Positions 48,107 through 59,471 of a DNA stretch of 64,000 bases are shown here, one piece after another (within the stretch, counting starts at the first letter, position 1; every line of letters starts with the position of its first letter). The notes below the pieces were generated by a model. That model saw nothing but the letters and a program-made list of their open reading frames with translations, was not told the DNA's origin and did not search any database. The DNA is from Mantamonas sphyraenae STR306. Its lineage: Eukaryota > Protista > CRuMs. The DNA lies in contig JAPMXV010000006.1 of the NCBI GenBank assembly GCA_026936335.1, forward strand, positions 248,001-312,000. The letters run 5' to 3'. A program made the position numbers and the translations under genes.

Positions 48107-48199
48107 CAATCAAGCATGAATGAACACAATCATCTCTCTCTCTCATTCTGTCTCTACCTCTCTGTGCTCATCCCGCGCCGATCCAGTGAAAATCCGGAG

Positions 48200-48828
48200 A
48201 TGAGTTCCAGCGGCCGAAAGACTGCTGTGCAGGAGGACTGGGACAACAGAGAGTATCTGGAGTCGGTGACCATGAACATCATGAAGATCACCGAATTCCT
48301 CAACAAATTTGGTAGGTGACATCCACCGTTTGCATCCCCTGCTTGCCCCAGTCGGTTGTTTTCTCAGTGCCCCGTCCCCGTCCGCCGCCAGCGTCCCACA
48401 TAGGCAGCCTTTACGCACGCACGCAGTCCAAAATGTGTTCCCACCCCACCCCACACGGTCCATTGTCCACCTTTACTTTCCCTCGTTGCCCTCCGCCATC
48501 ATATGTGCATGTGCAGGAGCAGGGAAGGACGCCAGAAGGCCGGCGTCGCGGAAATCCCTCTCTGCCAATGGCGCCGCGCAAGGCCGTTTTTCGTGGTCCA
48601 TGCCGCACCCGTTACCCCATGCACACGTCACTACCCTGCACTAGACACTGACACAGGCTACATCGACATGGTGCGTGTGCATCCGTATGTGTGTGTGTGT
48701 GTGTGCCCCACGCAGACGTGACGACGCGAGGCAAGCTTGGGGAAATCAACGAGAAGCTGACGCGTCTGGAGAGGCAACTGGAGTATGTGGAAGCAGCCTA
48801 CTCGTCGTTGAGCACACTGCCCAAGTAA
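48200..48828 (+). CDS. BRK1: BRICK1/HSPC300, WAVE complex subunit; intron 48312-48715
   Basis: VQEDWDNREYLE..IMKITEFLNKF|D..TRGKLGEINEKLTRLERQLEYVEA. Confidence 0.93.
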
Positions 48829-48907
48829 ACACCCCACCAACCTCATTGTGTGTTTGTGAACCATGTCCATTTCAGTCTGTTGTCATCATCTCATCATCAT
48901 CATCACC

Positions 48908-51098
48908 TCATTCCAGCAGCAGCTCACTCACGGGCATGTGCACAATGTATGTGATCATGGGCACACAGCTGGTGGGATTGAGGAGGAGCACCTTGATGGG
49001 TCCGTTGGCGCCGTTGACATCGATGCTCTCCACGGCAAAGCTCTTCTTGTAGGTGAGTGTCGGCACCAGCGCCGGCAGGAACATGATTGGCTTCTGGATT
49101 TCGTAGAGCTGCTTGTCGTAAGAGAGCACCAGGGGCAGATCGGTGATGCTGCGCTTGCCCGTGTTGGTCACCTGGATGCGCAGCCTGAACAGGGGTCCCA
49201 TCCCCTGCACCTCGGCGTTCATCTTGATGCTCTGTGCGTTGGTGGTGTACAGCGCACCGTGGGTGTCGGAGATGGTTTTCACGTACGCGCGTGCGGTGGA
49301 GTGACGCAGTTTGTACAACTCCTTCTGGGACACACGATGCATATCCACCCCTTGGGCCACCTCTCGTTGTGCCTGCTCCAGGTACACCTGTGTCTTGGCA
49401 GGCACGTTGAGGGGCACATCCTGCTCTGCCGGTGGGCCCTGCCGTCCGCCTTGCGATTGGATGTTTGTCAGACGGGGCAGGAAGCGTACGTCGAGGCCGC
49501 CGTTGTCCAGGGACAAGACAAGCGAGTGTTCCTCACGGCTGTACGTGCCAAACCGCATGCCCATCACCGAGTCCTTGACGTCAAAGGTGGACACGACGTT
49601 GCGTTCGTTGTACACACGCACGCGGTTGTCGTCCGTGGCCACGAGGAGGGCGTGAAACTCGCGTGTGTACGAGTACAACGGCGCAAACGCGGTGATGTTG
49701 TGTTCCAGATGCACACTCCACAACTTGTCCGCCTTCTCCGTGTAGCACTGGATGGTGTTGTCCATGCAACTGACGAAAATCTGCTTGTTGTAGTACACCA
49801 GGCCGTTGGGTTGCGACTCCAGCGTCACACTGTTGCCCATCAGTTCCCCTCGCTTGATCGAGTACACCCGTGCGTCACGACACGCCACCACAATGCGATA
49901 ATCCACTTCAAACTTGCCCGCACATGCAACGTACACCGGCGTGGAGGGCAACTTGACGGACGCCTTGACCCCACTCAGATTCGACGCTGTCACAAGGAGC
50001 ATGCCAGACTCGGTGCCCACCACCAACTGACCCACCGCCTTGTCGCCATCCACATTCTTGTTGACCACCCCCAGGCAGGTCACCACCGTCTGTTGCTGCA
50101 ACGGCATGTCTTTGTACAGCCCCACGTACTCGTCCGCCTCGTCCTCGTCCGTGAAACCCAACAGGTCCATGGAACGTGACGAAAGCACCACGTTGGAATC
50201 CTTCGCCACCTGCAACAGGTCCACTGCATCCGCACGTGTGCGCGACCCATCCTTCAGCGAATCCCACACCTGCACACACACACACACACACGCACACACA
50301 CACGTGTTCCATCCGCGATGGGCGATCCCATGTCAGTTGTACGCACACACATGCACAGCACACATGCGCTGGTGTTTGCCTCATGGTAGACTCTCTGGGG
50401 AACGGCTGCTGCGGCGCCGCGGACGGAGCAAGGCAGCGCGCCAAAAAAACGCCTGATCCGATGCCGCGGCTGCGGGCGGTGAAGTGGATAGGGATGGAGA
50501 GTGGCGTGTGGGAGGGTTGGAGGGATGGCAGCGGTGTGTGTGGCTTGCTTACCTCTTGTTCCTCCTGTGCAATGGGCGTCTCTGGGAGGGAATACTTGAA
50601 GTAGGGCCGGAGGTTGGAGTAGACAAAGACGTGTGCGCCCGAGGCGACGGCAATGACGGGCCTCTCCAGGGCCTCGCCTCGCTTGGATTCCAAATAATAG
50701 CACTTGATGGCAACGGGCACCTCCATGAGGGCATGTTCCGACACAAGACTGGTGCCCTTGAACACCTTGAGCTTGCGATCGAGGGTGGCAACCACCAGCT
50801 TCACGTCGCCGTCCCCTTGCAGGTCAACCAACTCCATACACGGACTGTACGCATGCACCCCAGCCACAGGGTCGTACCATGCATTCAACCATCCTGCCCC
50901 CTTGCCCTTTTGGTCGTGCACCGTGCGTGCAGGCGACTTGCCGGCATGGTTTGATGAGGAGGAGGACGACGACGAGCTACCACCCCCGCTGCTGCTGCTG
51001 CTGCTGCTTCCACTGCTGCTCGATGATGATGATGATGATGACCCCGACGAGGTGATCATGTGTGACTTTTTCTGGCTTCCGCCAAACAACGAGGACAT
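48908..51098 (-). CDS. BBS1: Bardet-Biedl syndrome 1 protein (BBSome); one intron
   Basis: WLNAWYDPVAG, DLQGDGDVKLVVA, VYSNLRPYFKYSLP, GMRFGTYSREE, PPAEQDVPLNVPAKT, VQGMGPLFRL, VHMPVSE. Confidence 0.95.
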
Positions 51099-51121
51099 TT
51101 TCAGTTTGGATTGGATTGGAT

Positions 51122-53668
51122 TCATTCGGGACCAAAGGAGTCATCGCCAGAGAACGAGTCCAGGGTGGACGACAATGCATCGTGTTCTCCCATCCTGGCC
51201 AAAATGGGCGAAAACACTGCACTGCTGTCGTGCTGTTGCTGTTGTTGTTGTTGTTGCGATGCCTGCTGGACCTTGTCCTGTGGCGATGACATCCCTGCAT
51301 CGCGTTCTGCATCCTCTGTGTGTTTGTGTTTGTGTTGCTTGTCCACCCCCTCGTCATCGTCCTCCTCGTCCCCTCCATCGTGACTGTGGGCTGCAAACGG
51401 ATTGTCCGGCTGTGCCCACCGACGTGGAGACCTGCCCATCATGTTGCCCGTCACACTTCCTGCTGCTGCCCCACTGCCAAACAGTCGCATCCGTGTGCTG
51501 GGCGACGAGGTCGTCGTCGTCGTCGTCGCTGCACCGGCCCCTCCTGCCGCTGCTCCAACGCCACCAAACTTGGCTTGCAACGCTGCCAATTGTGCTGCCT
51601 GCTGCTCCCGCTGACGTTCGCGCAGCCTGTCCAGTGTGGCTGTGGCTGGCGATTGTTGCACGTATCCTGTGTCACCGCCTGCAAGCACACCGCCGTTCCC
51701 ATGTCCTCCTTGCTGCTGCTGCTGATCGACTCTACCCCCACGCAACTTTGCCATCTGCATGTGTGCCTGCCACACCTGTCGTTCCGCCTCCATCACCGCC
51801 CGTTCGTCGTCCATCTGCAGTTGCATCTCTGTCAGCGCCGCCTCCTTGCGACGCATCTCTGCGCGTGCCTCTTCCACCGCCTGCATCTGTTCCTCCACAT
51901 ACTCCCTGTCCTGTTCCACCAGGAAGCGGGAGGTGTCTGACACCGCTCGTGCTTCACCGTCATCCTCGTCATACCCTTCACCATCCTCACCACCAAGATC
52001 GCCCTGCCGCCGCCTGCGTGCGTTGGCGTTGCCCTGCACCTGCAACGACAACTGGATGAGCTGCTCCTGTTCGCCCACCACCTTGTGGTACTCTGCCAAC
52101 TTGGCACGCAGCGCACGCACCGTGTCGCTCTCCTCACGCGCTGCCGCCTGTTGCTGCACCGTGGCATTTGCCTCCTCCTCCTCCTCCTCTGCCGCACGCA
52201 ACGCCGCCACCTGCTCCCGCAACAGCTCCAGCTTGGCCTGCATCTCATTCATGATGTCATCACGCACCATTTCAAACGGCATGTCAAACATCGCCTCCTT
52301 CAGCTGGCCCAGCTGCGTGTGTACGTCAAACTCGCTCGCACTTGCCACACTGCCCACAGACAGCACCGACGACGACAGCAACTGATGCTGTTGCTGCTGC
52401 TGCTGTTGCTGTTGCTGTTGCCTCTGTTGCTGGTGTGCATTCAGTGCCTCCTTCATCTCTGCCTGCAACTGCTGCAACGCCTGCTTCAGGTCCACGTTTT
52501 CCTCGCGCAACTCCTCCAGCTGGCCCTCGTACGCTGCCACAATCGATCGTTCAAACTCTCCGCGTGTTGTCGACGTGGAGGACGAGCCCATTCCGCGTCG
52601 TGAACCCGTCGTCGACATGCTGCTGCTGCTGCTGCTGTTCGACTTGAGCTGGTTCAAGATTTCAATGTTCGAACGCGTCTCCCGGTTCTTTTCCGACACC
52701 ATCGATTGCATCTTTTCCTTCAGCTTGTCCATGGCTCGTTCGTTCTTTCGCATCGCGTGTCGGAATTGCGTCTCTCGTCGCACCATTGTCGTGTGCTGCT
52801 TCTTGGCTTCGTCCACCTCCCGTTGCAGCTTTTGCACCTGCCTATGTCGCTTCTCTTCGATTTGCCTGCCATGCCCACGTCCAATGTGTATGTGTGAGGC
52901 TTTGTGATTCCCCTCTCCTCTCTCTCCTCTCTTCCCCGCTGGTCACTCACGTGGCTTTGATTTCCCGCGTCGCCACCTCCTGCTCCAACGCAGCAACGGT
53001 CGCCTTCAGCCGCTCCTGTGGCATAGTGTGGCGTCCATGTGTCAGCGTGTGAGCATCTCAACACACACGAGTGGCCGTGTGCATGCATCCCATGCCACGT
53101 GTGCCTCTCCTTGTGGGCTTGTGTGACCCAACACAACGTACCACCGTGCTGCTCTTGGCGCTCAACTCGCTCTCCAGCCGCTTCACAATGCTCTGTGTCT
53201 CCTCCCATCGTTCCAGATCTTTCTGACGCTGCTGCACCAGTTCATGGACACAGTTGACCACCGCCACCATGTGCTGTGCGCCGTACTGTTCGCCAGCGGC
53301 GTGTCGGAAGGGTTTGCCAAAGCCGAACGCGCCCAGCGTGTTGTTCAGGTACGCCATGCTGTTCGCCAGGTTGGACACATTGGCGTACTCGTCAGACTCC
53401 ACAGAACTGCCACCCTGCGGATACATGTTCTCTTGTTCCGCAAGCGCGTTCGACAGGTCATACTTGCCCTGCGTGCACACGTGCGGCCCCAACCTGTCAG
53501 TTCGCCGGATTCCCGCGCGCCAAAATTACGCCCCCTCGCCCCCCCCCCCTTCCCCTTCAAAACCACCTCCCACACACATACCCCTTTCTTGGCCGTGTCC
53601 ACAAAGCTGGATTGCAGGTACAGCGACAAGTCCGTCTCTTCGGCCTCACCAAACAAGTCGTGGGACAT
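51122..53668 (-). CDS. SSX2IP: SSX2IP/ADIP/Msd1-like centriolar coiled-coil protein; multiple introns
   Basis: NLANSMAYLNNTLGAFGF..VVNCVHELVQQRQKD..ETQFRHAMRKNERAMDKLKEKM matches the ADIP domain. Confidence 0.75.
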
Positions 53669-53728
53669 TCCTGGATGGGGAGGTTTTTCTTTTGGCCGCC
53701 TGACCGCACAACCCTCAGCCTTGCTTGT

Positions 53729-55225
53729 TCACACTGCATCTGGATGCACACGGAGCAACATGCGTTCGAACCGGCGATGGAGTATTCTGTTGGACGTCTG
53801 CTCTGAGGAGGGTTCCAGCATGAGGTTGTGGAGAACCACCCATGTCTTGGTTGCCGTCTCCTTGTCCATGGCTCGCACTGACCTCTCCAGCTTGTCGTGT
53901 GGCCATGTCATCATCACTTGCACACGCATGCGGAGATCGGCGTCGTCTTTGGGTGCCACGGATACCTGGCTCCCCGAGGAGCCAAACCGGAAGTTGTTGA
54001 CGCGTTGCAACTGACGATGGCAGAACAGATCTCTGTGTCCTGGACACATGCCAAGCTTGGAAAGGCTCACCTCATCGTCGTCCAGTTGCTTACCGTTGAA
54101 GGTGAGGCGTTGTTGACCTGCCGGGATGCGTGCGTGGGGATGTTCCTCGATGCGTCGCTTCAGGGTGCCGACGTTGTCCCTCAGGCTGATCTCCACCCAG
54201 AATGACTTGCCATGGAGCAGGTTGATGCACACGGCAAAGTTGGGATGCATGACATCGTCTGCATGCTCCTTTGCCTTTTCCATCCGCGTTTCCAGTTGCT
54301 GGGCAAACAGATCGCCCGTTTCCACGCGTGTCTCCATCCTGTCCAGTCTCTGGGCCACATCCTTGCCCTCAGCCACGAGGGTGTTCACCTCCTGCTCTGT
54401 GCGTTCGACCTGCGCCCGCATCGACAGCATGTGGGACACGTGTGCCCGATCAAACCCGATGTTGCTGTTTCTCTCCAGCTCACGATGGCGGTTGTACACC
54501 TGTATGCGTGTGGCACGGATGGCGTCGTCCAATCGTCGTCTGTCCTGCTGCAGCGCCTCGATCAGCTGCCGCACCTCGCCCGCATCCTCGTCAAAGTTTG
54601 CACGCATGTGTTCCTCCAGGTGATTTGTGTGGAGCATGCTGAGGAGAACCATCAGCACAAATGCACCGTACACACCCACGCCGAAGCGTAGCATCATGGA
54701 CGAGTGCCACGCCTGAACCAGCCTTGCCTCCCCACGCCGAACCGCTCGAAAGCACCAAATCTCCATGCGGCTCATGAGACTCAACGATGCCCAGTAACGT
54801 CGTTCTTTCTCCGCATCGTGCGCGTCTCGTCGCATCTTGAGCTCCTCGTGCACCTGGTGCCTGCTGTTCAGCCATGTGGCCAGCTCCCTGCGCTTTGCAT
54901 CCACCACTTCAATGAGACCATCGGTCCGATGTTGTTCCTCCTCCGTGCAATCATCGTCCACAGCCTGGATGGCCTGCAATGCCTCCAGCTCAGCAACCAC
55001 GTCATCGTACTGGGCCTGCTTCGCTCGCACTTCCGCATCCATCGCCTGAGCCTGATGCTCCAATGACACCATTCGATCCGCGTTCATCTGAGTGTGTTGT
55101 TCAGCCGTGATGATGGTGGCCGGTGGGTCGCACTTTCGTGGCGGTGCCGTCTCCGTTGTCTCTCCACCGCTGCTGCTGCTGCTGGATGCCGACAATGAGC
55201 TCTTTTGGTTGGCAGACAATGTCAT
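53729..55225 (-). CDS. Membrane-anchored coiled-coil protein with ubiquitin-like domain and terminal HPD (partial J-like) motif
   Basis: TM FGVGVYGAFVLMVLLSML; UBL GKSFWVEI..VGTLKRRIEE..IPAGQQRLTFNGKQLDD; ends RRFERMLLRVHPDAV. Confidence 0.7.
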   Translation of the reverse strand: MTLSANQKSSLSASSSSSSGGETTETAPPRKCDPPATIITAEQHTQMNADRMVSLEHQAQAMDAEVRAKQAQYDDVVAELEALQAIQAVDDDCTEEEQHRTDGLIEVVDAKRRELATWLNSRHQVHEELKMRRDAHDAEKERRYWASLSLMSRMEIWCFRAVRRGEARLVQAWHSSMMLRFGVGVYGAFVLMVLLSMLHTNHLEEHMRANFDEDAGEVRQLIEALQQDRRRLDDAIRATRIQVYNRHRELERNSNIGFDRAHVSHMLSMRAQVERTEQEVNTLVAEGKDVAQRLDRMETRVETGDLFAQQLETRMEKAKEHADDVMHPNFAVCINLLHGKSFWVEISLRDNVGTLKRRIEEHPHARIPAGQQRLTFNGKQLDDDEVSLSKLGMCPGHRDLFCHRQLQRVNNFRFGSSGSQVSVAPKDDADLRMRVQVMMTWPHDKLERSVRAMDKETATKTWVVLHNLMLEPSSEQTSNRILHRRFERMLLRVHPDAV

Positions 55226-55435
55226 TGTGTGATGGGATTGTATTTGTGCCGGGAGGTTTCAAGTTGTCGTGGTGGGCGCACGTGTTGCACAGCCCACACA
55301 CCGATTTCGGGGCTTGACGTCATCGCGCCGCATCTGGCTCCTCCGGCTGCGCACGGCAAGTCGGCCCCAGATGCAAAAGTGAACGGCATCATGGTGACCC
55401 CACGAGTAGCACCACGACTCATGTTGATGTTTGCA

Positions 55436-57010
55436 TCAAATGTGCAATTGTGTCCTGACTTCAAGGAAGCGCATGACATCTCGAGCCAGCCGTTCGACGG
55501 CGCCTTCCGCGTCGCCATCCTCCAGTTCCCACACAAAGCCACCAAGGACGGCCCTGCGCAGACTACGTGTGTGCTCATCCTTGTGCTTGCGCAACGCACG
55601 TCCCAAATCCATCCAGATGTGTGTGTGGTCCAGGTTCTCGTAACGGATGCACATCACCCAGCTGCCCACCTGCTGGACTGCACGTGCATAGCGAGCACTG
55701 CTGGCAAGGGGCACCGTGCCGTCTCCTGCGCCGTGAAGGAGCAGCGTGGGTGGCAGCTGGCGTTCGTTGCTGGCCGAGGATGCGTCGGTAGCCAAGATTC
55801 GCAGCACTGTGGTGGGAGACCAGACGCCAAACTCTTCCAACCCATGCATGGTCTCTGTCATGGGACTGATTTCGGCCAAGCCACGCCAGGCCTCGTGTTC
55901 CCTGTGCTCCAGCAGGTGGTAGGGGCCACACATGCCCACAAAGCCTGCGATTTGTCCCACTCGCCACCACTGCTGCTGACAATGCGACAGGGCCAGCAAA
56001 CGCGACCCTGTGCGGTGCACATCACTGTCTCGCACCACATCCTGTCGTTCCATCAGGGCCTCCCAGGCAGCCTCCAACTCTTCGAGTTTGGCGGTGTGGT
56101 GTGCCACCTGATACGGGTGTGGCAGCGATGCATGCTTCTTCAACTGTGCCACATGCTTTTCGTACTGTGCTCGCAGCTCCGTGCGCTCCACAAGCATCTC
56201 CTTGCGCTGTGCTCGGTGCCGTTCTGCCGCAAGCTTGTGTGTGAGCAGCGTACTGACCAGATGGGATCCACTGCTGTGACCCACGAGAAAGACATTGTTG
56301 GGGTCGCCCCCGTAGAGGTGGATGTTCTCAAACGTCCATTGGATGGCCGCGTTCACGTCGTGCAGGATCTCGTGGATGCGTGCCGGGTGCATACAGAACT
56401 GGGGCACCACAAAGAGCATGTGACGACGCCGTACACCCAGTCCCAACTCTGCATACAGCCATTTGTTGCCATTCTTCCAGGCACCCCCCTGCACAAACAC
56501 GAGCACGGGCAACCGCGGATGTTTGCCCGCCCTCGGGTTCTCCATCCATTGTTGCGCCTGCATGGGCACATAGATATCCAGCTTCTGTGTGTTCATATGG
56601 TCCTCGTCAGAAACCCATCGAGGTGCGTCGTAGCTTGGGCTTGGCGCGAATCCCGGACTGTGCGAGGTGGAGGAAGCCGGTTTGCTCGAATTGTCGCCTT
56701 CCGCTTCGCCGTCGTCGTCGTCCTCCTGGCCCATGTCGAAGCGTTGCATGTGTTGGTGCCGCATGTGGTCGCTCAACACGGCGTAGGACACGTTTCGCAC
56801 AATCCCCGTGTGTCTGCTCCATATCCTATACGTGCGCATGGCCCGAACGGAGTTGCGCAAGATCCACACCAACTGGTTCGACGCCTCCCAAGCCACCAGC
56901 GCATACATGCGCAGCCACTGCCACACACGCACCACATGGAAACGCAGGAAGAACCACACAAAGAGCAAGGGCCGGTCGACGCCCAGGCGCCAATGAAGCG
57001 ACGACGGCAT
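55436..57010 (-). CDS. Isoprenylcysteine methylesterase (ICME)-like alpha/beta hydrolase
   Basis: LDIYVP, PVLVFVQGGAW, YGGDPNNVFLVGHSSG, LLHGAGDGTVP. Confidence 0.8.
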   Translation of the reverse strand: MPSSLHWRLGVDRPLLFVWFFLRFHVVRVWQWLRMYALVAWEASNQLVWILRNSVRAMRTYRIWSRHTGIVRNVSYAVLSDHMRHQHMQRFDMGQEDDDDGEAEGDNSSKPASSTSHSPGFAPSPSYDAPRWVSDEDHMNTQKLDIYVPMQAQQWMENPRAGKHPRLPVLVFVQGGAWKNGNKWLYAELGLGVRRRHMLFVVPQFCMHPARIHEILHDVNAAIQWTFENIHLYGGDPNNVFLVGHSSGSHLVSTLLTHKLAAERHRAQRKEMLVERTELRAQYEKHVAQLKKHASLPHPYQVAHHTAKLEELEAAWEALMERQDVVRDSDVHRTGSRLLALSHCQQQWWRVGQIAGFVGMCGPYHLLEHREHEAWRGLAEISPMTETMHGLEEFGVWSPTTVLRILATDASSASNERQLPPTLLLHGAGDGTVPLASSARYARAVQQVGSWVMCIRYENLDHTHIWMDLGRALRKHKDEHTRSLRRAVLGGFVWELEDGDAEGAVERLARDVMRFLEVRTQLHI

Positions 57011-57072
57011 GATGTTTGTGTTGCAGTGTATGTATTGTATTGTGTGTGTGAATGCAATGCAATGTTGAAGGA

Positions 57073-58049
57073 TCAGCCCTCCTTGGGGGTGGTGAGTTCA
57101 GAGAGGTGATCAAAGAGGATGACACTGTCCGGGATGGACCCCTTGAACGAGGGTGCATCGGGATGGTGAAAGTTCAGGAGGTCCTGTGCAACGCCACGAT
57201 AGGCCACAAAGGGAAGGTGACGGAAGAGGTGGGCAGTCACCAATTCACTGCACTCCACATGGGCCACAGGGTCGATCTGACGCACAATCGACGCACGGCC
57301 CACGGTTGTGTCACAGTACAATGATCGCTGTGGCGGCGCAGGATGGGTGAGTGGCATGTGGGTGTAAGCAGACGCTGTGTTGGTGTTGGGAGTGGTCGCC
57401 TGTGGAACCCTCCCCCCCCTCTTTCAGCACACTTACGTAGCTGGGGATGCCTGCGCCGCGTGAGAACAGTCCCGCGTTGCGAAAGAGGGCGTGCAGCTGG
57501 GCCTGCTGGGCGTCGTCGTCGCATTGTGTGATGAGATAGACGTTGCAGGAGGCAATGAGTTGATATACAATGTTGAGCACGTCCTCATCGAGCTCAAACT
57601 CTCCGTTGGAGTTGTTTCGCACCAGGAGCAGCTGCAGCAGAGGAGGCCTGGATGTGAGTTGCCACTTCCCCACGTGGTAGCGTGCACAGACACACACACG
57701 CACACACACACACTGAGTGTGTGACCGATACTCCATCCCACTCACATTGTTGGTGGTCAGCGTCACACGCGAGCGTTGTGAGCTGGAAACAAGGCGTGCC
57801 AACAGGGGGCCGGACGAGGCCAGCGAGGCAGCAGCGGAAGACGAAGCACCGGAGCCTGCCTCACGCCCTCCACGTCCCCCTGCGTTGGGGGTGGCCAATG
57901 CACCGCCACGTGAGGCGTTGTTGCGTCCACCTCGGCGTCCAGGTCGCTGTGGGGCAGGACACACAGGTGGAGGGAAAATGGGGGTTTGCGGTGAGTTTTC
58001 TCCTCGTGGTCGACCACACACACACACATTCACACATGCACACACGTTA

Positions 58050-58098
<49 letters not shown>

Positions 58099-58406
58099 AA
58101 CACCACATCCGGGTGGGTGAGGGAATGGGGTTGTGAAGAACATACACGACGGCGTGCAAAGAAGAGGCGATGTACAAGGAAGCCCAGGCCGAGGACAGAG
58201 GCAACGAGCCAAAACAGGCGCTTGACCATGGCGATTTCGTTGTTCTGACGTGCCAGAACACCCATGGAGGCACGTTTGACTGCCGGATCGGTGCCGGCAA
58301 AGAAGGCAGCCGACTCCACAGGGTCCAACACAATCATGAGCCATCGAGGCACATGCTCACGCACTGTGTGGGCCAATGCCAGCAGTTGCTGGGTTGTGGA
58401 CGACAT
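57073..58406 (-). CDS. PEX22: Plant-type peroxin Pex22; 3 introns
   Basis: N-terminal TM; NVYLITQCDDDAQQAQLHALFRNAGLFS..RSLYCDTTVGRASIVRQIDPVAHVE resembles the plant PEX22 C domain. Confidence 0.7.
58015..58095. repeat. (CA)n microsatellite in PEX22 intron
   Basis: Long, near-uninterrupted CA run. Similar intronic tracts lie at ~3294-3330, 29743-29769, 45473-45493 and 50273-50303. Confidence 0.9.
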
Positions 58407-58490
58407 CTCTCTCACACACTCTCTCCCTGCTGCAAACAGGCACAAGAAGAGATGGATTGGAGGCAACTGTGCACACCTACAGCTGTAGCT

Positions 58491-59395
58491 CTATTGCTTC
58501 GATCCATCCACACTGTTGCTGGTCACGTTCACCGTCGTCACGCCTGTCTGGTCGTCGGAAGCCCGCGTGGTGTCGTCGACGGACGTGGAGGAAGCCTGCT
58601 GTGGCTTCTCCTCCTCTGCCTGTTCCTCCTTTCCTTCCTCACGCCCATGCCTATCCTTGTGGCGTCGTGGACTATGATGACGATGATGTCGATGCCGCCT
58701 GCTGCTGCTGGTGGTGGTGGTGCTTCTGTGATGATGATGGTGGTGCTCTTTCCTCCTTCGCTTCTTGCTATGTCGCCTGCGCTTGCCTTCACTCTCGCTG
58801 CCACTACTGTTGCTGTCGACACTGTCTCCTCCTTCTCCATTTCCGTCATGGTGATCATCATCTGTGCGACTGCGCTTTCGTTCTTCCCTCTTTCGCCTCC
58901 TGCGTTCCCTTCGTTCTCGTCTCCTCTCCTTCCTCGCCCTCCTTCGCGCCCTTCGTTCCTCCTTGCTCTCCTTCCGCTCCCGAGCCTCCTCGGCAGCCTT
59001 GTACGCTGCCAGTGCGGCCATGCTCACTTCTCCGCCCCCTTCCTCGTCCGACGACGATTCCGACGACGTCGAGCTCACGTCGCACTCGTCTTCCGGCGCA
59101 AGCGGCGTCAGCCGGATGTGGTTTCGGCACTCGTGCGTCAGATGTCCGACTGTCCCCATCCCCCCCCCCCCCAAGCATACAAACACACACGTGTGTGATC
59201 ACAAGATGTGTGCATGTGTGTGAGTGAGTGTGAGTGAGTGTGAGTGTGCCTGTGTGAGGGAAGGTCTCCCAGTTTCCGCCTCCTGTGTGGTCACTCACAG
59301 CCATTGCAGCGTCTGCACGTGCCCTTCCGTGCATCCTCCTCCTTGACAGCCACACCCAGGTTTCCCTTGAGCACAGCATTGGCTGGGGTGGTCAT
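58491..59395 (-). CDS. Zinc-knuckle SR-like protein (CXIP4/SREK1IP1-like); one intron
   Basis: ARKGTCRRCNG|VGHLTHECRNHI CCHC knuckle followed by an R/K/S/H-rich low-complexity tail. Confidence 0.75.
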
Positions 59396-59471
59396 GGTTG
59401 GGTTGGGTTGGGTGGGTTGGGTGCAGCATTTCATTTTTGGCGCATTGGCACATTTGGCACACACACCTGAA

